64,000 nucleotides of DNA from Clostridia bacterium (GTDB lineage Bacteria; Bacillota; Clostridia; Oscillospirales; CAG-272), in contig JAFTST010000051.1 in the NCBI GenBank assembly GCA_017467165.1, forward strand, positions 78,488-142,487, in the 5' to 3' direction. Positions within the stretch are counted from its first letter, which is position 1. Each line of letters opens with the position of its first letter. Under the pieces are notes generated by a model. It searched no databases. It was given only the letters and a program-made list of their open reading frames with translations, and was not told the DNA's origin. Both the position numbers and the translations under genes were made by a program. This document shows, piece by piece, positions 1 to 9,210 of this stretch.

Positions 1-434
1 AATCCTTCCCCTGCGCTATTGCTATGTTTGTGCCGACGCTTCTTATTCTGCTTATCGGAAAGTTCTCGGCGGATATACCCGTTGAGTGCAGAAACGCGGT
101 GGCAATGTGCGTCGTCACCCTCGTTGGATTCACTAATCTTATCTATGCCTGCCGTCCGTTCACCAAGTGGCGCGCGGCGGTGGTTTCTCTGGTCGGCGTT
201 CTCCTTGCCGCGGGCATTTCGCTCAGCGCGCTTATGGAAACGGTGCTTGTCAGAGTCAATATTTTCGGCTTCAAGCACGTGCTTGACAACCCGAGGTTTT
301 TCATCTTCATGCTCTCGCTCGGTATTATCCTTTCCGTGCTGATGAATTTCTTCCGCTCTCAGCTTGAGAAATGGTTTGACAACGCGCACATTAAGGCTAT
401 GATGAGCCGCTCAAGAAGGGAAAAGAAAAAATGA
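1..434 (+). CDS. C-terminal fragment of a polytopic membrane protein entering from upstream (possibly the C-terminal TM bundle of a P-type cation ATPase)
   Basis: The frame of ORF 24..434 stays open back to nt 3, so the ATG at 24 is internal. It has 3-4 hydrophobic helices and a basic tail RSRREKKK. ATGA overlap with the next gene at 431-434. Confidence 0.45.
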   Translation, partial: SFPCAIAMFVPTLLILLIGKFSADIPVECRNAVAMCVVTLVGFTNLIYACRPFTKWRAAVVSLVGVLLAAGISLSALMETVLVRVNIFGFKHVLDNPRFFIFMLSLGIILSVLMNFFRSQLEKWFDNAHIKAMMSRSRREKKK

Positions 435-949
435 AAACACCGAAGGAAAGACTTCTTGGGCTGTACGAGAGGGTTTATTCAAGGCAGCGACTCACGGTAG
501 CGCTGTACTATCTGTCGCTTCTGGCATCGCTGGTTATAGCGCTTTCCTACGCTGCCGTGCTCTGCTTTGAGTTTGTTCGGGATTTGGTCTACGGTGCGCA
601 GCTGCTCGCCGTTACCTCTATTCCATTTCTACTCGGTACACTTCTCAGGCACATCATCAACAGACCAAGACCCTACGAGGTGCTTGACACACCGCTTCTT
701 GAGGGACTCAGGGTAGGGAGGAGGCGCGGCGAGAGCTTTCCCAGCAGACACACTCTGTCCGCGATGCTTATCGGCTCTGCTATATGCTTTATCCATCTTC
801 CGCTAGGAATCGTTCTTCTTGGCTTGGGTATATGCGTGGGGGCGTGTCGCGTTCTTCTTGGATATCACTTTCTTTCCGACGTTCTTGCAGGGGGCGCTAT
901 TGGCGCTCTTTCGGGTGTCGTCGGTATGATAATTGTAAATTTTAGTTGA
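431..949 (+). CDS. PAP2-family lipid phosphatase (undecaprenyl-diphosphate / phosphatidate phosphatase type)
   Basis: PAP2 motifs RHIINRPRP, PSRH and HFLSDVLAG are present. Several TM helices. Translationally coupled to the upstream gene. Confidence 0.8.
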   Translation: MKTPKERLLGLYERVYSRQRLTVALYYLSLLASLVIALSYAAVLCFEFVRDLVYGAQLLAVTSIPFLLGTLLRHIINRPRPYEVLDTPLLEGLRVGRRRGESFPSRHTLSAMLIGSAICFIHLPLGIVLLGLGICVGACRVLLGYHFLSDVLAGGAIGALSGVVGMIIVNFS

Positions 950-990
950 CAAATTTGCTTTAACGGCTCTTGCCGTGGAAGGAGTATATT

Positions 991-1677
991 ATGAAGGTTA
1001 CCTGGCTTGGACAGGCGGGACTTTTGTTTGACAGTGGTAGGGTGCGCGTCCTGGTTGACCCGTATCTTTCCGACAGTATAGGAGATACCGACCCCGAGCG
1101 CCACCGCAGAATACCCGTGCCCGAGGAATATAAGGATATATCCGCCGACATTCTGGTTATCACCAACACCGAGCCTGACAGGCTTGACGATGCTACGCTT
1201 ATGGGTGTTCTGGGCGCTGAGAGAAGAATGACGGTTCTCTGCTCGGAGGGCGCTTATAACAGAGTGCGACACTTTAGCTCGAGGCACAACTACGTGCTAC
1301 TTTCTCCTCACTCGGTATGGAGCGAGGGTGGCCTGACCTTTTATTCCGTCAGGGCTGAGCACCACGACAGAACTGCCATAGGCGTTATAATTGACGACGG
1401 TGAGCGGACCTTCTATCTCAGCGGCGATACCCTCTATAACTACGACGTTATCGACGACGTTATGGACTTGGTTGATGACGGTGTTGACTACGCCTTTCTG
1501 CCCATCAACGGCTACGGCAACAATATGAACGCTAAGGACGCCTCCGACTTCGCCTACGAGCTTGACGCGGGCAGAGCCGTGCCCGTTCACTACGGAATGC
1601 TTGACGATGTGAGTCCCGAGAGCTTTGACTTCGAGGACGCCTTCGTGCTCACACCCTTCCAGCCTACCGAGCTATAA
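991..1677 (+). CDS. MBL-fold (UPF0173/UlaG-like) protein with a degenerate metal motif
   Basis: N-terminus KVTWLGQAGLLF...VLVDPYLSD is typical of this fold. GGAGT RBS lies before ATG 991; the track start at 970 is a TTG. The expected THxHxDH position reads TNTEPDRL. Confidence 0.6.
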   Translation: MKVTWLGQAGLLFDSGRVRVLVDPYLSDSIGDTDPERHRRIPVPEEYKDISADILVITNTEPDRLDDATLMGVLGAERRMTVLCSEGAYNRVRHFSSRHNYVLLSPHSVWSEGGLTFYSVRAEHHDRTAIGVIIDDGERTFYLSGDTLYNYDVIDDVMDLVDDGVDYAFLPINGYGNNMNAKDASDFAYELDAGRAVPVHYGMLDDVSPESFDFEDAFVLTPFQPTEL

Positions 1678-1723
1678 ATCCCGAGTCCTGCGGTAAGGCT
1701 GTCGAGTTCGAGGAAAAAAGAAA

Positions 1724-2671
1724 ATGAAGAGAAAAAAGGTTATTATCTCCGCCATAGCAGTCCTTATTCTGCTCGCGGTGGGTGTCGGCGTGCTTTTCGG
1801 TGTTCGGGAATACAACGACGGCAGAATGAAATTCACCGTGAGTGACACGCTCCCCGACGGGAACGGAAGACGGGCGAGGGTTATTCTGCTCGGCGGACAG
1901 TCAAACGCCTCAGGCTGCAGCCGCGACGATTATCTCAAGAAAAACGTCACTCCCGAAAAATACGCCGAGTACGAGGCGGGCTACGGTAACGTATATATCA
2001 ACTACTTCGCGACGGGCACCAACAGCTCCGACGGATTTGTCAGGTGCTCCGTTCGGCAGGGCGAGGGCGGTGGCTTTTTCGGCCCTGAGCTTGGGCTTGC
2101 GGAAAGGCTGAGCGAGCTGTATCCTGATGAGCTGTTTTTCATCATCAAGTGCGCCTGGGGCGGCTCTAATCTTCATTCGCAGTGGTTATCACCGTCAGCC
2201 ACGGGAAGGACAGGGCATATGTACAAGTCCTTCGTCGAATACGTCGAAACGAGTATGGAGTACCTGCTTCTGAAGGGCTACGATGCGAAAATTGAGGGTA
2301 TGTGCTGGATGCAGGGCGAGTCGGACTCGTTTTCTGTTGAAGCAGCCACCGAATACGAAGATAATCTTTCCAAGCTGATTGAGGATTTAAGAAAAAAATT
2401 CTCCCGCTACTCAGCGGAGGACGGGCTAGCCTTCGTCGACGCGTATATTGCCGCAACCCCTGCCTTCTGGGTACACTACGAGCTTGTCAATCAATCGAAG
2501 GATGAGGTTGCCAAATCGAGCGATATGAACGCCCTCGTTGATACCATTTCTGCGGGGCTTACCTGCGACCTTGAGCCTGAGGGAGCTCCCGATATTCCTC
2601 ACTATGATTCAATGAGCCAGATTAAGCTCGGAAGACTTTTCGCCGACGAGCTTGTCAGATTTTTGGACTGA
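1724..2671 (+). CDS. SASA/DUF303-type carbohydrate (sialate-like) O-acetylesterase, membrane-anchored
   Basis: LLGGQSNASG and WMQGESD motifs match the SGNH-like SASA family. N-terminal TM anchor VIISAIAVLILLAVGVGVLFGV. Hairpin terminator downstream. Confidence 0.7.
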   Translation: MKRKKVIISAIAVLILLAVGVGVLFGVREYNDGRMKFTVSDTLPDGNGRRARVILLGGQSNASGCSRDDYLKKNVTPEKYAEYEAGYGNVYINYFATGTNSSDGFVRCSVRQGEGGGFFGPELGLAERLSELYPDELFFIIKCAWGGSNLHSQWLSPSATGRTGHMYKSFVEYVETSMEYLLLKGYDAKIEGMCWMQGESDSFSVEAATEYEDNLSKLIEDLRKKFSRYSAEDGLAFVDAYIAATPAFWVHYELVNQSKDEVAKSSDMNALVDTISAGLTCDLEPEGAPDIPHYDSMSQIKLGRLFADELVRFLD

Positions 2672-2691
2672 ATAACGCCTATATATCAAGA

Positions 2692-2733
2692 AACGCCCGA
2701 AGGGAATGACTCCCGGACGGGCGTTTTCTTTTA
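2692..2733 (+). terminator. rho-independent terminator
   Basis: ACGCCCG...CGGGCGT stem followed by TTTTCTTTT. Confidence 0.7.
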
Positions 2734-2936
2734 GCTCCACGGCTCTGCAATTCAATGCCTTCTCCGCGCGTCGGGGAGCTTGATATCCGGGGCTGAAAAT
2801 GGGGAAAAGTGCGCCCCGTGTCGCGTTTTTAGTATTTTTCTGACGGTTAAGTCTGTCAATGGGGCGTCTTGCTGCATTTTTTGTATAAAACGGAAATAGT
2901 CGAGAAAAATAAGGAGCGAAAGGATATTGGTGAATA

Positions 2937-4370
2937 ATGAGGCTGACGAATGATCACACGAAAAATATATCCACTCTGAGAGAGGCGCTCGGGGTGTCAT
3001 ACAGCTTTGACCTTATTGAAAGACATCTGACCGTGACGAGCCGCGATATGTGCTTTTTCTTTATAGACGGCTTTGTCAAGGACAGCGAGATGCAGAGGAT
3101 AATGACGAATATGCTTGAGCTTGGAGCGATAGGCAGCGCCGGCGAGGTGGCGCGCGGTCTGCCATACGTTGAGGTGGGGCTTGCAGGCGAGGTTTCGGAA
3201 ATAGTCAGGGCGGTCTTATCTGGACAGGCGGCGCTCGTCGGCGAGGGCTTTGGAGAGCAGGCTATCCTGGTCGACGTGCGTACCTATCCTGCGAGAACAA
3301 CAGCAGAGCCTGACAGCGACAGGGTTATGCAGGGAGCGCACGACGGCTTCGTTGAAACTATGGTTATGAATACGGCGCTTATCCGCCGCAGAATACGCGA
3401 CCCGAGGCTGACTATGGAGCACTTCAATCTCGGCGGAGCATCGGCAACCGACGTTGTGATGTGCTACATGCGCGGCGTTGCCGACGAGAGCACGGTGAGA
3501 GATTTGAAAAATAGGCTGAAGAGACTTCGCCCCGACACTCTGACGCTCGGGTATCAGAGCCTTGCTGAAAGCCTTGTCCGCCGAGGCTGGCTCAATCCCT
3601 TCCCGAAAATTCGCCTGACCGAGCGCCCCGACACCGCCGCATCGCAGGTTCTGGAGGGGAGTATACTCATAATTTGTGACACGACCCCCCAGGTTATGAT
3701 ATTGCCGACCTCTGTTTTTGACTTTCTTCAGCAGACGGACGACTTCTATTTTCCGCCCCTGACGGGCACTTATCTGAGAATAATCCGCACGGCTATTCTC
3801 GTTTTGTCGGTGATAATAACTCCATTGTGGTATCTGTACCTCGAATACGCTGACGTTCTTCCCGATGCCCTGCGCTTTCTCATTCCCGACAACCCCGGGG
3901 CGCTTCCGATAATATTGCAGCTTCTTCTGGTCGAGGCGGCGCTCGACGGCTTGAAGATAGCATCAATGAACACCCCCGATATGCTGTCAAACTCGCTCTC
4001 GGTTGTCGGCGCTCTGCTGCTTGGAGATTTTGCCGTTGGAGTCGGTTGGCTGTGCGAGGACGTGATACTCTATATGGCATTCGTGGCAATCGCGGGCTTC
4101 GCTCAGCAGAACGTTGAGCTTGGCTACGCCTTCAAGTACGTGAGGGTGCTGACGCTGATTTTCGTCTTCGGCTTCGGCGTGTGGGGACTCGCGCTTGGAT
4201 TTCTTCTTTTCGTCTTTCTCGTCGCGACGAACACCACCGTCACAGGAAGGCATCACTACCTGTACCCGCTCATACCCTTCAACAAAACCGCTATGGCGCG
4301 TCTTCTTTTCAGATTCAAGAAGAGTGACGTAGGGCATAGCGTCGACCCGAAGAACGAGGAAGGGGCGTAG
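2937..4370 (+). CDS. spoVAF: GerA-family spore germination protein (SpoVAF-like)
   Basis: FFFIDGFVKD and RTYPARTTAEPDSDRVMQGAHDGFVETMVMNTALIRRRIRDPRL match the GerA/SpoVAF soluble domain. A C-terminal 4-5 TM region follows. Confidence 0.75.
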   Translation: MRLTNDHTKNISTLREALGVSYSFDLIERHLTVTSRDMCFFFIDGFVKDSEMQRIMTNMLELGAIGSAGEVARGLPYVEVGLAGEVSEIVRAVLSGQAALVGEGFGEQAILVDVRTYPARTTAEPDSDRVMQGAHDGFVETMVMNTALIRRRIRDPRLTMEHFNLGGASATDVVMCYMRGVADESTVRDLKNRLKRLRPDTLTLGYQSLAESLVRRGWLNPFPKIRLTERPDTAASQVLEGSILIICDTTPQVMILPTSVFDFLQQTDDFYFPPLTGTYLRIIRTAILVLSVIITPLWYLYLEYADVLPDALRFLIPDNPGALPIILQLLLVEAALDGLKIASMNTPDMLSNSLSVVGALLLGDFAVGVGWLCEDVILYMAFVAIAGFAQQNVELGYAFKYVRVLTLIFVFGFGVWGLALGFLLFVFLVATNTTVTGRHHYLYPLIPFNKTAMARLLFRFKKSDVGHSVDPKNEEGA

Positions 4371-4390
4371 CACCCATATACCAATCTATC

Positions 4391-4422
4391 GCGCCTGCGC
4401 TCTGCGGGCGCTTTTTCTTTAG
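4391..4422 (+). terminator. rho-independent terminator
   Basis: GCGCCTGCG-CTCT-GCGGGCGC stem followed by TTTTTCTTT. Confidence 0.6.
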
Positions 4423-4606
4423 CTCGGAAGCATAGCTTTATACCGCTCGCAAGCCGCGAAAAAACAGCTTTGTGCAATCTCGACATAAGCCCAAAGTCAT
4501 TTTTGTTCATCTCGCTCCCATTATTTAAAATAAATTTTTCAACTTATTGACTTTGGTTATTTTGGGTGTTATGCTATAATCAGTACACCATGCAAAGGAG
4601 ATTTTT

Positions 4607-7600
4607 ATGAAGAACAAGATGGCGAGAATCCTTTCCTTCGTTCTGATGCTTTCGCTTCTTTTGTCTATGCTCTCTGTTTTTGCTTTCGCAGAGGAGACGG
4701 CAGGAGAAGAGGAGGAGCAGCCCAAGGAAGAGGATGTGTTGGTTCTCTACAACCGTACGTATGACGAGGGTTGGGACATTGGCAACGGTCTTCAATGGAA
4801 CGACCGAGGAAGCCCCAGCACCATCGACTACGAGATGACCACGGATTACAACTACAACTATTTCTGGCGTTTAACGGTTCAGTCCTCGGACAACTCGTAC
4901 GCGGAGCTGAGGTTTGACAACAACGACATAATAGGCTCGGTATTTGAGTTCGACATTAAATCTGACGATTATGCGAATATCAAGACCTTCCTTACCTTTG
5001 GTACTATGGGAGGCGGAAGCGCGACCAGACACGACTGGGCGCTTGTTAATATCGAGGATAACCAGTTCTATTTCCTGACTCCCCAGAATCCCGAAAAGGA
5101 CGATTCCGAAAAGAGGGATGAGGAGCCCGCCTTCAAGCTTGAGGACGAGTGGATGCACGTCGCCTTCGTGTTTGACTATACCTTTGACAGGACTCCCGGC
5201 GACGACCTTCCCGAGAGCGATTATTTCCAGGTCAGCTTCTATTGGGGAAACACCGCCGAGTACAGAGAGACGGGCGAGCTCAATCACCACGGTACTTATC
5301 TTTTCACCGGTAGAAAAAACACCGGTAAGGGACTCAACCATTTCAGATTAGGTACCTCGGGTGAGAAGGAGGAGGCATTTGGCGGTAGCGTGTGCATTGA
5401 CAACGTTCAGTGCTATAACTACGCCAACACCTACGGCAAGGTTCCTCTCGACGGACCCAAGGGCTCCAAGATCAACGAAAAGTACGGTATCACCGTAGAT
5501 ATACTCACCAACAACTCGGGCAGCAACAAGACTCTCACCAATTATCTCTGGGAGAGCTACGCCCTGAAGCTCAACGTTGACTACGCCTTCTCAGGAAAGA
5601 ACTATAAGGTTGGCAACAAGGAAACCCGCAGCCCCATTCTCACCAACAGCAAGGGTGAGGCTTACGGCGCGCCCTATATGGACGACGACGGAGTTATCTG
5701 GGTCGCTCTCGAGCCCATTCTCGAGCACTGCGGATATCCCGTCTACGTGCACAAGGACGGCACGTTTATCGACATTTCCACGGGAACATCTTCTTCATTT
5801 ATCTCCACGAAGACAACGACTGCCACGGTTGGCGGAAAAAGCATCGAGCTTCTCAACGCGCCAAGACACGCTACCGATTCCGATGGCAACGAATATATAG
5901 CTATAAATCTCTACGACATTGAAACTATCCTTCCCGGATACTACGTAGACTACGATCCGCTCGGACTTATCGTTATCACCGAGACTCCCGACGACAACGT
6001 CATCAACCGCGACGTCAATATCGTTGATATGATGGAGCTGATGAAGCAGTTCATCTTTGATTATGCGACGAGCGAGGAGATTATCGAGGACGTTAAGGAA
6101 TACACCAATAACTTCACTCATCCTTACATCCATACCAATCAGGAAACTCTCGACAGGCTCCACGCCGCGTACGTTGCAGAGCCCGGCGACGAGAATTATA
6201 ACGAAACCCTGAAAGAGTATCTCGACGATATGATAGATAACGGCGAATATGCCTTCAGCCTCTACTGCCTGCCTGACGAAAACGGTAAGCACGACACCTA
6301 TCAGGGACTCAGAGATAAGGAAAATATGCTCCAGTATATGCGCGACCTCTATGGCTGGCAGGGCTATGAGTACAGGCATTACATAGGAACGGTGGGTCTT
6401 GAGCAGCCCTATTATTCCGAGGAGCTTGGCGGCTTTGGTGAGGGCTATGACCTCAGCGGCGGACGTTCAAATCCCGAGGGCCGTATGCTGATGCTTCAGG
6501 ATATGCTTTCGGCATATATCATCACCAAAGATGAAAAGTATCTTCCCGCGATGTACGACTTCGCGCTTGCGATGGGCGAATGGAAGCACTGGGGACCCGG
6601 TCACTTCCTCAACGTTGCTGACGCGACCTCTCCCTTCGCTATGTTCTACGACTGGACATATAACGACTACGTCAAGCTTTATAACGGCGAGGACGTGGAC
6701 GGCGACGGCTTCGTAACTCTTTATAAGCAGCAGCTCGTTGTTGACGATAGCGGAAATCCCGTGCTTAATGAGAGTGGCGAGAAGCAGTACGTTGACGCGC
6801 TTGACGAGAACGGTCAGCCCATTCCCTCGGGCGACGTGCTTGGCGATAAGAAGTATGACGTGAAGAAGCTCGCCGAGATTCTGTATACTCACAGCACCTA
6901 CGAGGGTCTGCTTGCCGTAGACAGAATTCACACCTCGTTCATCAGCCCCCCTATCGGTGAGGGCGGTAACTTCTACACCCACAGACCCAACAACTGGAAC
7001 GCGGTATGTAGCTCGGGTATGGTTATCGGCGCTCTTGCCATCATCGGCGACGAGAGATATCAGGCAGATGCGGGCTATCTCATCTCGAGCAACATCAAGT
7101 CCTTGACAAATATCGGCTTGGTTGTGTATGCTCCCGAGGGCGCGTATATTGAGGGTACGGGATATTGGAACTACGGTACCAACGCGTTCTTTGAGATGTG
7201 CTCCGCGCTTTCCACCGCGACGGGCGGCACCTACAATATGATGGATTGCTGGGGAATCGAGAAGACCTGCTATTTCGCTTGTCACTCCGAATCCTCGGAT
7301 AACCTTATGTTCAACTACCACGACGGCGCGATGCTCGAGCAGGATACCTCCCTGTTCTTCTACGTTGCCCATAACTTTGGCGACAACAACCTCGCCTCCA
7401 TAAGACTTGCTCATCTTGCATCGGGCAAGGCTATCACAATATACGACCTGCTCTATTATCCTATGGAGGATATAAAGAGTGAGACCGTTGAGCTTGACTA
7501 TTATGCCAAGAGCATAGAGCTCTACTGCGCGAGATCCTCCTGGGAGCGCGGAGCGCTCTTCGTTGGCGCGATGTCGGGTAACAACTACATCGACCACGGA

Positions 7601-8704
7601 CAGATTGACGCGGGCTCCTTCGTATATCACAACAAGGGCACCGTATGGTTCATTGATATCGGAACAGAGGAATACGACGCGGCAGGCTTCTGGCCCACAG
7701 AGACCAGATACAGATACTACCGTATGAACGCTGAGGGTAACAACACTATCTGTCTGACCTCTCAGCCTGATACCGTTCCTCACGGACAGGAGCTGAACAG
7801 TATCGGTAAGAGCATTGATTATTCCTCCAACGAGCACGGCTCGTACGTCGTATTTGATAATACGTCCACCCTCAAGGGCTATGCCTCGAGCTGGCACCGC
7901 GGAATAATGGTTACCAACGACAGAAAGACGACCATCATTCAGGACGATATATACTTCCCCGCAGGAGTACAGACGGTTTATTGGTTCGGACATTATAGCT
8001 TTAACTATATCGAGGATATCAAGTTCTCCCCCGACAGCAGAACCGCGTATATGATAGATAAGAACGGTACGGCTCTGCGTGTCAAGATAGTTTCCGCGAG
8101 AAGTGACTATAAGTTTGAGATTATGGACACCTACACCTTCGTTAACGGTGGTGACAGAGGCACCTTTGGCCCCGAGTACGCGGATACTCACGCACCCTTC
8201 GTTCCCGAGAAGAGCAGAGCAGAGTACAACAAGCTCGCTATCAAGGCTGTCAACTGCACGTCGTTTAACGTGGCGGTGGTTATCGAGGAGATTGACCCCG
8301 ATACGATATTCACTCCCAGCGCGCAGATTGAGGTAGGATACGAGTACACCGCCTTCGCTGATTGGGAGCCCTATGCGGACGAGAGAGGCGTTATCAAGGA
8401 GGAGGAGGTCGCGAAGAAGCGCGGCAATCCCGTTCTTTCCTCCATCAGAAGCAACGCCAGAGAGATGAACAGCATCTATCAGTCGGGCAGAGCATTCTCG
8501 CAGAAGCTTGACGAGTACTATGCTGTGCTTTCCGACCTCTACTACGTATACGTTCGATTCAGAAGCTCTGAGCTTAAGGATTTCAAGGACGAAATAGCTG
8601 CATTTGAAGAAAGATGGGCTGAATATGAGGCTCATATCGGCGTCATCAACTCCTATGCGCGCTCGTCCAAGGATATAAGCTACGCTCTTATGGGCGTGAA
8701 TTAA
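4607..8704 (+). CDS. Secreted 1365-aa multidomain heparinase II/III-like (polysaccharide lyase-like) protein
   Basis: AAAGGAG RBS. Signal peptide ends ...SVFAFA-EE. N-terminal LamG-like module (EWMHVAFVF...VCIDNVQCYNY). Two stalk-like segments. Lyase-like core motifs WKHWGPGHFLN, DHGQIDAGSFVYHNKGTVWFIDIG and YRMNAEGNNTICL. C-terminal beta region plus a helical tail. Confidence 0.8.
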   Translation: MKNKMARILSFVLMLSLLLSMLSVFAFAEETAGEEEEQPKEEDVLVLYNRTYDEGWDIGNGLQWNDRGSPSTIDYEMTTDYNYNYFWRLTVQSSDNSYAELRFDNNDIIGSVFEFDIKSDDYANIKTFLTFGTMGGGSATRHDWALVNIEDNQFYFLTPQNPEKDDSEKRDEEPAFKLEDEWMHVAFVFDYTFDRTPGDDLPESDYFQVSFYWGNTAEYRETGELNHHGTYLFTGRKNTGKGLNHFRLGTSGEKEEAFGGSVCIDNVQCYNYANTYGKVPLDGPKGSKINEKYGITVDILTNNSGSNKTLTNYLWESYALKLNVDYAFSGKNYKVGNKETRSPILTNSKGEAYGAPYMDDDGVIWVALEPILEHCGYPVYVHKDGTFIDISTGTSSSFISTKTTTATVGGKSIELLNAPRHATDSDGNEYIAINLYDIETILPGYYVDYDPLGLIVITETPDDNVINRDVNIVDMMELMKQFIFDYATSEEIIEDVKEYTNNFTHPYIHTNQETLDRLHAAYVAEPGDENYNETLKEYLDDMIDNGEYAFSLYCLPDENGKHDTYQGLRDKENMLQYMRDLYGWQGYEYRHYIGTVGLEQPYYSEELGGFGEGYDLSGGRSNPEGRMLMLQDMLSAYIITKDEKYLPAMYDFALAMGEWKHWGPGHFLNVADATSPFAMFYDWTYNDYVKLYNGEDVDGDGFVTLYKQQLVVDDSGNPVLNESGEKQYVDALDENGQPIPSGDVLGDKKYDVKKLAEILYTHSTYEGLLAVDRIHTSFISPPIGEGGNFYTHRPNNWNAVCSSGMVIGALAIIGDERYQADAGYLISSNIKSLTNIGLVVYAPEGAYIEGTGYWNYGTNAFFEMCSALSTATGGTYNMMDCWGIEKTCYFACHSESSDNLMFNYHDGAMLEQDTSLFFYVAHNFGDNNLASIRLAHLASGKAITIYDLLYYPMEDIKSETVELDYYAKSIELYCARSSWERGALFVGAMSGNNYIDHGQIDAGSFVYHNKGTVWFIDIGTEEYDAAGFWPTETRYRYYRMNAEGNNTICLTSQPDTVPHGQELNSIGKSIDYSSNEHGSYVVFDNTSTLKGYASSWHRGIMVTNDRKTTIIQDDIYFPAGVQTVYWFGHYSFNYIEDIKFSPDSRTAYMIDKNGTALRVKIVSARSDYKFEIMDTYTFVNGGDRGTFGPEYADTHAPFVPEKSRAEYNKLAIKAVNCTSFNVAVVIEEIDPDTIFTPSAQIEVGYEYTAFADWEPYADERGVIKEEEVAKKRGNPVLSSIRSNAREMNSIYQSGRAFSQKLDEYYAVLSDLYYVYVRFRSSELKDFKDEIAAFEERWAEYEAHIGVINSYARSSKDISYALMGVN

Positions 8705-8821
8705 TCGAGGCTTGGATTTCATCTGAGCTGAGCAAGATTTCATTGAAGCGACAGAAAAAAAGAAAGCCCGACGGAAAGTCGGGCTTTCAACTTTAAAAAT
8801 ATCAGGGGACAGTTATAGCGC

Positions 8822-8866
8822 GAGCGAGGCAGAGGTTTATTCTGCCTCGCTCTGTTTTTCTTTTGT
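8822..8866 (+). terminator. rho-independent terminator (second of two hairpins after the lyase-like gene)
   Basis: GCGAGGCAGA...TCTGCCTCGC stem followed by TCTGTTTTTCTTTT. An earlier hairpin AAGCCCGAC-GGAAA-GTCGGGCTT lies at 8764-8786. Confidence 0.7.
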
Positions 8867-8918
8867 CAGCCCGAGAAAAAGGGCTATCTTTTTCAATAAG
8901 GACGGTCTTTTGGAAAAA

Positions 8919-9122
8919 TCAGTCCTTGGCTAAAATGATAACGCAGTGATATGCGTCACCCGAAAAGCTGATAATTCTGTACCCGTCAGAAAGGTAGGGA
9001 AAGAGCAATTGCTCAAGCCGTGTGTTTTCCTGAAAAAAGGAAGCTCTCCCCCATTCCTTCAGCGTGACGATGCTGTTTTCAAACTCAGTTTCAAAATAGT
9101 GTAATACCTTACAGTCCTTCAT
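8919..9122 (-). CDS. Small hypothetical protein (67 aa) in the AT-rich island
   Basis: ATG is preceded by GTGAGG. AT-rich codon usage differs from the flanks. No family recognised; it could be a remnant. Confidence 0.35.
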   Translation of the reverse strand: MKDCKVLHYFETEFENSIVTLKEWGRASFFQENTRLEQLLFPYLSDGYRIISFSGDAYHCVIILAKD

Positions 9123-9210
9123 ATAACCTCACAGCAAGCCCGCTTGCTTCATAGCTCGATGGGCTTATAGCTTTAATTTTATTTTAATGTGCGTTAAGAT
9201 AAAATGCGGT

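Noticed and set aside
4256-4510. 84-aa minus-strand ORF between spoVAF and the lyase-like gene
   Set aside because: It overlaps the spoVAF 3' end and its terminator hairpin. The translation is Arg-rich and there is no RBS.
6467-8743. 758-aa minus-strand ORF antisense to the 1365-aa lyase-like gene
   Set aside because: It lies entirely inside a gene with strong family motifs on the other strand. The translation is low-complexity (rich in V/G/R/L/S), and it has no RBS or promoter. This is a typical shadow ORF caused by codon bias in the sense gene.
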